Below the pieces are notes generated by a model that searched no databases, was not told where the DNA came from, and saw only the letters and a program-made list of their open reading frames with translations. A program made the position numbers and the translations under genes. This document shows positions 56,916-64,000 of a stretch of 64,000 bases of DNA, piece after piece. This DNA comes from a virus, in the IMG/VR virus record IMGVR_UViG_3300028581_000012; one strand, written 5' to 3'. Every line of letters begins with the position of its first letter. Position 1 is the first letter of the stretch.

Positions 56916-57494
56916 ATGACAAGAACAGAAATTATCCAATTTTTAATAAATAAAACGAATGGAAAAAAATATCTAGAAATAGGTATGGGGCCAGGAATTA
57001 ATTTTAATAACATTCAATGTGAATATAAAATTTGTGTTGACCCAACACCTACTGTTCCTGTGACATTTAGATTAACTTCGGATGACTTTTTTGACCAAAA
57101 CAATGAAACTTTTGATATTATTTTTATTGATGGTTTACATTGGTCCGAGCAAGTTTATAAAGATATTAATAATTCGTTACGTGTTTTAAACGATGGTGGA
57201 TTTATTATTTGCCACGACATGAACCCACATTCAGAGTTTATTCAAAGATATCCCCAACCAAAGTTGGAATCTGAATGGACTGGTGATTGTTGGAAAGCTT
57301 GGGTCAAACTAAAAACAGAACGTGATGATTTGTATATGGTGGTAGTTGATACAGATTACGGATGTGGGATTATCAAAAAAGGTAAACAAAAAATCATAAC
57401 AATTGATTCAGAATTAACGTGGGAAATGTTAGAAAATGATAGAATTAGATTATTAAATTTGATTTCTGTTGAAGATTTTAAAAAAACGATATGA
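56916..57494 (+). CDS. Class I SAM-dependent methyltransferase
   Basis: YLEIGMGPG, FDIIFIDGLH, GGFIICHD. Confidence 0.9.
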   Translation: MTRTEIIQFLINKTNGKKYLEIGMGPGINFNNIQCEYKICVDPTPTVPVTFRLTSDDFFDQNNETFDIIFIDGLHWSEQVYKDINNSLRVLNDGGFIICHDMNPHSEFIQRYPQPKLESEWTGDCWKAWVKLKTERDDLYMVVVDTDYGCGIIKKGKQKIITIDSELTWEMLENDRIRLLNLISVEDFKKTI

Positions 57495-58018
57495 TTAATA
57501 TAATTGGTGATGACGTGTTTATTGATAACGATGTATTATCTAAACAAAATTTAACTATAAGTGGTTCACATGTTGCAATAGATAAAGGTGTATATTGCTC
57601 AACAAACGTCACAATAGGTGATTATGTACATATTAGTCCATACGTTACAATTATAGGTGGAAAAAATAGTTCTTTTACGGCAAAAGGTTTTAATAACATA
57701 ATGGCAGGTGCTAGAATTATTTGTGGTTCAGATAGATTTGATGATAGTGGTTTATTTGGCGCTATGATTCCTGATGATTTAAAAGGTAGTCAAATAATCA
57801 AACCCGTTATTATGGAAAAGTTTTCTAATATTGGGACAAACGCGATTGTATTACCTGGGTCAATACTTAGACGTGGGGTACTTTTAACCGCAGGTAGCTT
57901 ACTTATTGGTGATACTGAAGAATGGGGGGTTTACAAAGGTAACCCCGCCGTATTAGTAAAAAAAATAAATTCAGAAAAGATAATTGAAAACTATAAAAAA
58001 TTAGGTTATGAAATATAA
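57491..58018 (+). CDS. Left-handed beta-helix acetyltransferase
   Basis: Hexapeptide repeats (IGDYVHI, IGTNAIVLPG), C-terminal GNPA. Confidence 0.88.
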   Translation: MINIIGDDVFIDNDVLSKQNLTISGSHVAIDKGVYCSTNVTIGDYVHISPYVTIIGGKNSSFTAKGFNNIMAGARIICGSDRFDDSGLFGAMIPDDLKGSQIIKPVIMEKFSNIGTNAIVLPGSILRRGVLLTAGSLLIGDTEEWGVYKGNPAVLVKKINSEKIIENYKKLGYEI

Positions 58019-58835
58019 TTTACAATTTGTAAAAATATCACCATCACACCAGTTTGCTGGCGTTGGTTTTGCTGGTAACATATTTATTACGTTAAACGCT
58101 TTAACACATATAAATTTAGATGATAAGTTACACGTTGATATGGAAACAAATGAATGTGTTTGTACGGAAATTGGCTCAACTATTCACAACACAAATAATT
58201 GTTGGGAATATTACTTTGAGCAAACAAAAATAAATGAAGGTGAGGCATTCACCAACATGAATAGTCTGATTTCTGCTAAGATAAATTATGAGGACAGAGA
58301 AATGTTTATGTATCCGCAAAACTTCATTGAATTGAAAAATAAATTTTACAATTCGTTTCAATTAAAGACTTATTTGAAAGAAATGTTAGAAGACTTTTAT
58401 GTTAATAATATTGAGGGAAAGACTACTTTAGGTGTTCAAGTTAGATTAACAGACATGAAACATTATCATAATGTTTCAACTATTGACAAATACCTTGACA
58501 AAATAAATAATATTTTGGTTGAAAAACCAGAAATAAAACAGATTTTTTTAGCAACAGATGACGGTACGATAATAAAAAACATAAAAGAAAGTGTTAAAAT
58601 ACCCGTTATATATTATAAAGATATGTTCAGAGCAGATGAACAGAACCCTCACCTACACCCATATGATAGGTTTATTGGGAATAGAGAACAACACAAATAC
58701 AAACTAGGTATTGAGTGTATTCAAGAAATATTTACATTAGCAAAATGTGATTATATGTTAAAGGCAGATGTTTCTTCAGTATCTATTATTGCTAGTATTT
58801 TAGCAGAAAACATAAAACAAGTTTATAGAGTATGA
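58008..58835 (+). CDS. Second NodZ/GT23-like fucosyltransferase
   Basis: GFAGN, NCWEYYFEQ, TLGVQVRLTD, IFLATDD, LAKCDYML...SSV. Confidence 0.78.
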   Translation: MKYNLQFVKISPSHQFAGVGFAGNIFITLNALTHINLDDKLHVDMETNECVCTEIGSTIHNTNNCWEYYFEQTKINEGEAFTNMNSLISAKINYEDREMFMYPQNFIELKNKFYNSFQLKTYLKEMLEDFYVNNIEGKTTLGVQVRLTDMKHYHNVSTIDKYLDKINNILVEKPEIKQIFLATDDGTIIKNIKESVKIPVIYYKDMFRADEQNPHLHPYDRFIGNREQHKYKLGIECIQEIFTLAKCDYMLKADVSSVSIIASILAENIKQVYRV

Positions 58836-59530
58836 TTTATATAATTGGTGATAGTCATGTTTCAGTTTTTTCGGGCACCGATAAGACACATGATGGGTTG
58901 AGGCACATTCAACCAGAATTTGGGACGTGTTACACACTGTCTTCGGGTCAATTAAGACCTTTAATTAATCGTTTTGAACAAAGAATACCGTATTTTTGTC
59001 CTATCAAAATTGGGTCAAATACTGCATATAATTCTTTTGATAAATTACCAAGAATAGAACAAGCAATATTAGAATATGGTGTTAGTGAAAAAGATTATGT
59101 TTTTACGTGTTTTGGTGAAATAGACATAAGAAACCACATTGGATTTAATGCTGATAGACAAGGTATTACTTTTGAAGAAGGTATTAAAATTTGTATTGAT
59201 AGGTATATGGAAACAGTTTTATATTTAAAAAACAAAGGTATTAATGTGGGTGTTTATGGGTCACCGGCATCATCTGTTGGTAGACAAACACCGATTGACT
59301 ATGGTGAAGTCGTTTTTAGAAATAATATGACGTTGATTTTTAATAGTTATCTAAATAATAAATGTATTGAAAACAATATACCTTTTGTAGATATATCAAA
59401 ATCTCTAATGTTACCGGATGGGACAACGGACCCAAAATTCATTATGGATGACATACACTTATCACAAGAGGCGATGCCACTATTGATTAAGGCCTTTTCA
59501 AAATATATAGATGAACAGACAAGAAATTAA
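58832..59530 (+). CDS. SGNH/GDSL hydrolase-like protein
   Basis: IIGDSH, FGEIDIR, DDIHL. Confidence 0.8.
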   Translation: MIYIIGDSHVSVFSGTDKTHDGLRHIQPEFGTCYTLSSGQLRPLINRFEQRIPYFCPIKIGSNTAYNSFDKLPRIEQAILEYGVSEKDYVFTCFGEIDIRNHIGFNADRQGITFEEGIKICIDRYMETVLYLKNKGINVGVYGSPASSVGRQTPIDYGEVVFRNNMTLIFNSYLNNKCIENNIPFVDISKSLMLPDGTTDPKFIMDDIHLSQEAMPLLIKAFSKYIDEQTRN

Positions 59531-60317
59531 TTTAATAGGTGGTGGTTTCCAACACAGCCCATCAACATCAGGTTTTGACCCATTATACATAAAATGGGTC
59601 AAAGGTGTTCAAACGGCACCAATATCAATCTATGTTGACCAAGGGTTAACGTCACCAACTAATCCAAATACAAAAAATTATGGATGGTTATCTGAATCAA
59701 AAACAATAATTAACGATTTATATGAATGGGCTAAAAATAATGTTGATTATTTAAAACAAAACTTTATTTTGGTATTCACACACGATGTAGAGTTAGCCAA
59801 ATATTCTGATATTTTTGCATTAACTCAATGTAGCGGCAAATCATTTATTAATGAAGGTGAAATTTACAAAAAAACAAAAATAGTTTCAATGATTGCATCT
59901 AATAAAGTAATATGTAGTGAACACGTTTTTAGACAACAAATGATTAATAAATTTTCAAACCAATGTGACCATTATGGTAGAGGTTTTAGAGAATTATCAA
60001 ACAAAGAAGATGGTTTAAGAGATTATTGTTTTTCTATCACAATGGAAAATGGGACTTATTCGAATATGTTTACTGAAAAAATTACTGATTGTTTTATGAC
60101 TGGAACTATACCAGTTTATTACGGAATACCCAACATAGGTGATTTTTTCAACAAAGATGGTATTATTGTATTAAATGAAGAATTTAAAATTGAAGATTTA
60201 TCTTTTGATTTATATAATTCAAAAATAAATGCAGTCATAGACAACTTTAAAAGGGCGAAAGATTTATTGGTCGCCGAAGATTATATATATTTAAAATACA
60301 TTAAAAATGAAATTTAA
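59511..60317 (+). CDS. GT10 alpha-1,3-fucosyltransferase-like
   Basis: YCFSITMENGTYSNMFTEKITDCFMTGTIPVYYG. Confidence 0.85.
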   Translation: MNRQEINLIGGGFQHSPSTSGFDPLYIKWVKGVQTAPISIYVDQGLTSPTNPNTKNYGWLSESKTIINDLYEWAKNNVDYLKQNFILVFTHDVELAKYSDIFALTQCSGKSFINEGEIYKKTKIVSMIASNKVICSEHVFRQQMINKFSNQCDHYGRGFRELSNKEDGLRDYCFSITMENGTYSNMFTEKITDCFMTGTIPVYYGIPNIGDFFNKDGIIVLNEEFKIEDLSFDLYNSKINAVIDNFKRAKDLLVAEDYIYLKYIKNEI

Positions 60318-61749
60318 TACAATACACAGTTTAGGTAGTAGATGTCAAAATTCTGAAATTTTGAAACATTACAACTATAGAGAGTTTTCTGGATTTTTTG
60401 ATTTTATGAACACATCTAAAATTGAAATTATAAACCATATAATTGCCGATGATTTTAAAGAATTATTAAAACCTGAAAATAATGTGACCGTTGAATGTAA
60501 CGTATTGACAATCGACCCAGAAACCGGAGTTCGCTTACCAAACTCCTTAAGAACGGCAAATCGTTTTTATGATGAAACTGTAAGTATGGACAACGCATTA
60601 TTTCCGCACCACAACTTAAATAATGAAAAAGATAAAAGTCATTTTATTAAGTGCCACCAAAGATTTAAAAAATTAGTTAATTTTAATACATTATTCAATT
60701 ACACATACAATACTTGGGAAAATGCACCAACAATTCAACAACTAGAAAAAATGGTTGGGTTGTTACAAACTGTTCATAATTTCAAAAACTTTAAAGTTTG
60801 TTTTATTGCCATTAAGACTACCTATGATAAAGGTGCCACTTTGGTTAAAACAACTGAATTTTATGACATTTGGGAATTAAATATTCAACCAAATAGTTTT
60901 ACAGGGGGATTGTTTTTAAATGAAATAGATAACAACAACTACATAAACATCATCAAATCTTACGATATTGAAGATGTTAGAGTTTCTAAAGAAGTTATTG
61001 ACTCAATTCCAAATATATCAAATGAAGTCAAATATGATAGTTGGCCAATTGGTCGGGTACCAAAACACATGCAAAGACCGGAGTTAGACCAATTAAAAGA
61101 ATTAGGGTATAATTGGGCGGACCCTAGAGATGTGATTGACATTTTTGAAACTAAAGTCGCCAATTTTGCCGGTTGCAAATATGCGGTAACGGTTGATTGT
61201 TGTTCTCACGGATTATTTTTAGCTTTAAAATATTTACAATCGATTGGTGAGCTAGAAAAAGACTCTACCCTTACCATACCAAAAATGACATACATTTCCG
61301 CACCTATGCAAATCATACAAGCAGGAAATAAAGTAGAATTCGAAGACTTGGAGTGGTCCGGTGTTTACCAACTTAAAGGTTCTAGAGTTTGGGATGGTGC
61401 GGTTAGATGGACCAAAAATATGTATGTTGGGGGTAATGCATTACAAATAGTATCATTCCAATTAAAAAAAAGAGTACCAATAGGTAAAGGTGGTATTATT
61501 TTAACCGATAGTTTAGAGTCTTATAAATGGCTCAAATTGGCCTCATATGACGGTAGAGATTTAACAACACCATATACCGATGAAAACCATATTAAAATGC
61601 TTGGGTATCACATGTATATGACACCAGAAGATGCCGCTAGAGGTATTATTTTAATGGATAACGTTCCGAACGTTAATGAAGATACCGGAAATCACACAAC
61701 ATATGTTGATGCAAGTAAAGTGTTTTCCAAGCTTGACTTATTAAAATAA
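60307..61749 (+). CDS. Fusion of DUF1796-like N-domain and DegT/DnrJ/EryC1/StrS sugar aminotransferase
   Basis: N-half SLGSRC...FFDF...FPHH; C-half FETKVANFAGCKYAV...TYISAP...WDGA...SFQLKK...GKGGIILTD. Confidence 0.8.
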   Translation: MKFNTIHSLGSRCQNSEILKHYNYREFSGFFDFMNTSKIEIINHIIADDFKELLKPENNVTVECNVLTIDPETGVRLPNSLRTANRFYDETVSMDNALFPHHNLNNEKDKSHFIKCHQRFKKLVNFNTLFNYTYNTWENAPTIQQLEKMVGLLQTVHNFKNFKVCFIAIKTTYDKGATLVKTTEFYDIWELNIQPNSFTGGLFLNEIDNNNYINIIKSYDIEDVRVSKEVIDSIPNISNEVKYDSWPIGRVPKHMQRPELDQLKELGYNWADPRDVIDIFETKVANFAGCKYAVTVDCCSHGLFLALKYLQSIGELEKDSTLTIPKMTYISAPMQIIQAGNKVEFEDLEWSGVYQLKGSRVWDGAVRWTKNMYVGGNALQIVSFQLKKRVPIGKGGIILTDSLESYKWLKLASYDGRDLTTPYTDENHIKMLGYHMYMTPEDAARGIILMDNVPNVNEDTGNHTTYVDASKVFSKLDLLK

Positions 61750-61781
61750 AAGAACTAAAAATATAAAAATAAAAACAAAAA

Positions 61782-62768
61782 ATGAAAAAAGCATTTATCA
61801 CAGGAATTAATGGACAAGATGGTTCATATTTAACTGAATATCTTTTAGAATTAGGATATGAAGTGCACGGAATTATAAGAAGAAATTCAAGTGTAGAATC
61901 ACAACAAAGTAGGTTTTCAGATGAGGTAAGAAACAAAGTCAATATTCACTACGGAGATTTATTAGACCAAGGCGGATTAGAAAAGTTATTAGACCAAATC
62001 CAACCAGATGAAATCTATAATCTTGCCGCTCAAAGCCATGTTAGAATTAGTTTTGATATCCCACAATTTACCGTTCAAACAAATGCGATTGGTATCTTAA
62101 ACATATTAGAAGCCTACAGACGTTCATGTCCAACTGCTAAATTCTATCAAGCCAGCTCTTCTGAAATGTTTGGAAATTCGGTTGACTCCGATGGGTTCCA
62201 AAGAGAAACAACACCAATGAATCCTGTATCCCCTTATGGTTGTTCTAAAGTATTTGGATATAATATTGTTAGGAACTATAGAAACGCATACAATCTACAC
62301 GCCTGTAACGGTATTCTTTTCAACCACGAATCCCCAAGACGTGGTTCTAATTTTGTTACAAATAAAGTTGTTAAAACTGCGGTAGAAATCAAATTAGGTT
62401 TAACTAACAAATTAGAATTAGGTAATATGGATTCATATAGAGATTGGGGTCACTCAAAAGATTATGTAAGGGCTATGCACATGATAGTCAACCACGAAAA
62501 TCCTGATGATTTTGTTGTTTCAACAATGACTACACACTCCGTAAGAGAAATGGTTGAATATGTATTTAAAAAACTTGATTTGGACTATACAAAATATGTA
62601 ACTCAAAATGAAAAGTTTTTAAGGTCAGAGGAGTTAAAATACTTAAAAGGAGACTCCACAAAAATTAGAACAGTTTTAGGATGGGAACCAGAATATAGTT
62701 TTGAATCATTAATGGATAACATGATTGATGGGTGGATGGAGAAACTATTGAACAAAAAAATATTATAA
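61782..62768 (+). CDS. gmd: GDP-mannose 4,6-dehydratase
   Basis: ITGINGQDGSYL, YNLAAQSHV, QASSSEMFG, SPYGCSK, GILFNHESPRRG, RDWGH. Confidence 0.97.
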   Translation: MKKAFITGINGQDGSYLTEYLLELGYEVHGIIRRNSSVESQQSRFSDEVRNKVNIHYGDLLDQGGLEKLLDQIQPDEIYNLAAQSHVRISFDIPQFTVQTNAIGILNILEAYRRSCPTAKFYQASSSEMFGNSVDSDGFQRETTPMNPVSPYGCSKVFGYNIVRNYRNAYNLHACNGILFNHESPRRGSNFVTNKVVKTAVEIKLGLTNKLELGNMDSYRDWGHSKDYVRAMHMIVNHENPDDFVVSTMTTHSVREMVEYVFKKLDLDYTKYVTQNEKFLRSEELKYLKGDSTKIRTVLGWEPEYSFESLMDNMIDGWMEKLLNKKIL

Positions 62769-62769
62769 T

Positions 62770-63504
62770 ATGACAAGAAAAAAAACAACAACAGATGAAC
62801 CTGTTATACCGCAGTCTTTTACAAAAAAAGACTTTATTAATTCAGTAATAAAAAGAAAACAAAAAAGTAAATTTTTATCTGATAACCAAAAAGACTACTA
62901 CGACATATTAGTAAGTAGTCAAATTACAATTTGTTCAGGTCCTGCAGGTGTTGGTAAAAGTTACATAGCAATGAAAGCTGCTGTTGATTTACTTATGGAC
63001 CCAACTAACACTTACGAAAAAATTATAATTGTAAGGCCGGCGGTTGAAGCAGAAGAAAAGTTAGGTAGTTTACCTGGTAATTTGGAAGAAAAATTGGACC
63101 CATATATTTTTCCATCTTATTACCTATTAAATAAAATTATTGGGAAAGATACAAGAGAAAAACTAAAAGAGGCTGAAATTATTGAAGTGTTTGCATTGGC
63201 ATATATGCGAGGAATGAATATCGATAATTCTATTTTAATTTTTGAAGAAGCACAAAATGCAACCCCAAACCAAATTAAATTACTATTGACAAGGATTGGT
63301 TATAATAGTAAATTTTTTATATCGGGGGATTTAGAACAAACTGACCGATATAAAGATAAAAAACAATCAGGGTTATACGACGCACTTCAAAGGTTTCAAA
63401 ATGTTAATGACATTGGTATATATGACTTTAGAAATGCTAAAAACGTTAGAAATCCACTTATTGGTAAAATTCTAGAAAGGTATGACGAAGAAAATCGGGA
63501 TTGA
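62770..63504 (+). CDS. phoH: PhoH-family ATPase
   Basis: GPAGVGKS, RPAVEAEEKLGSLPG, AYMRG, EEAQN, LTRIG, GDLEQTD. Confidence 0.95.
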   Translation: MTRKKTTTDEPVIPQSFTKKDFINSVIKRKQKSKFLSDNQKDYYDILVSSQITICSGPAGVGKSYIAMKAAVDLLMDPTNTYEKIIIVRPAVEAEEKLGSLPGNLEEKLDPYIFPSYYLLNKIIGKDTREKLKEAEIIEVFALAYMRGMNIDNSILIFEEAQNATPNQIKLLLTRIGYNSKFFISGDLEQTDRYKDKKQSGLYDALQRFQNVNDIGIYDFRNAKNVRNPLIGKILERYDEENRD

Positions 63505-64000
63505 AGTTAATGGTGTTTTAAGAAATACTTTAGGTAAAATACGCCAAACTTATGAAAAATTTATGATTGAAAATAATTCCGAAGAAAAAACATTTATGTT
63601 GGATTCATCGGGAAATACTGAATCTATTGTTGAAAATGAATCTTTTGAATATAAGTTATTAGAAAATGTGGACAGTTTAAATTTGATGTCCCATTTTGCC
63701 TTTAAATCAGAAGACGAATTATATGATTTTTTATATCAAGAGTTTGCAATGCAAATTTTTGGTCATGCTGAATCTACAGAGATGCATACTTTTCATACAC
63801 TAAATGATGTTTATATTAAATATAGAAACAGTAATGACTTTTTAATATTGTCAGATGAAATAGGTAAATCAAAACCGGCAACTCTTTTCTTTTTATCAAA
63901 GTTTGGATGTCAATTAGAAAAAGTAAAATTTTATTCAGATACAACTAAAAACTCCATATGGGATGAGGTTGATATTTTAATAACCGCAAACCCAAACTTA
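63482..64000 (+). CDS. HAD/5'(3')-nucleotidase-like protein, degenerate motif I (partial)
   Basis: Not in track. MTKKIGIEVNGVLRNTLGK..., open to window end; resembles IGIDxDGVL but lacks both Asp. Confidence 0.55.
   Translation, partial: MTKKIGIEVNGVLRNTLGKIRQTYEKFMIENNSEEKTFMLDSSGNTESIVENESFEYKLLENVDSLNLMSHFAFKSEDELYDFLYQEFAMQIFGHAESTEMHTFHTLNDVYIKYRNSNDFLILSDEIGKSKPATLFFLSKFGCQLEKVKFYSDTTKNSIWDEVDILITANPNL

Noticed and set aside
501-62791. Numerous 60-110-aa antisense or alternate-frame ORFs in the track (e.g. 501-740, 2431-2742, 29760-30041, 48226-48555)
   Set aside because: They shadow well-supported genes and have no motifs or expression signals
1-64000. Stop-codon reassignment as seen in some large phages
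   Set aside because: Long conserved genes are intact under code 11, and TAA, TAG and TGA all end genes at sensible positions
1-64000. tRNA, rRNA, group I introns, or further inteins in nrdA/nrdB/polymerase
   Set aside because: Intergenic gaps are short and AT-rich with no cloverleaf seen, and those genes are contiguous without intein motifs; a tRNAscan/Infernal run would be needed to exclude small RNAs fully

Overview
AT-rich, gene-dense segment of a large T4-like myovirus (jumbo-phage-like) genome in the standard genetic code. It interleaves three blocks. (i) Replication and nucleotide metabolism: nrdAB, DnaB-like helicase, 5'-3' exonuclease, RecA/UvsX, gp32-like SSB, family B polymerase, SNF2-type helicase, dUTPase, PhoH. 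(ii) A contractile-tail module: gp6/gp25/gp53-like baseplate, two ~2190-aa hub/tail proteins, tape measure, chaperone, tube, sheath, neck proteins. (iii) A ~13-kb glycan-building locus with four fucosyltransferase-family genes plus Gmd. The strongest finding is a 366-aa intein in the DExH motif of the SNF2 helicase whose endonuclease (Zn-finger/NUMOD3-like + Vsr/DUF559-like) is encoded as a separate overlapping ORF in the +1 frame, with codon-level signs that both frames are kept open. Other notable signals: a recurrent TATTTAT upstream motif (candidate late promoter), a candidate +1/-2 frameshift in the tail chaperone, an OmpA-like domain inside a tail protein, and enzymes (SOD, HAD, WYL) with N-terminal extensions that resemble cleavable capsid-targeting propeptides. 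A Bacteroidota host is inferred, not shown. All family calls come from motif recognition by eye; no database searches were run.
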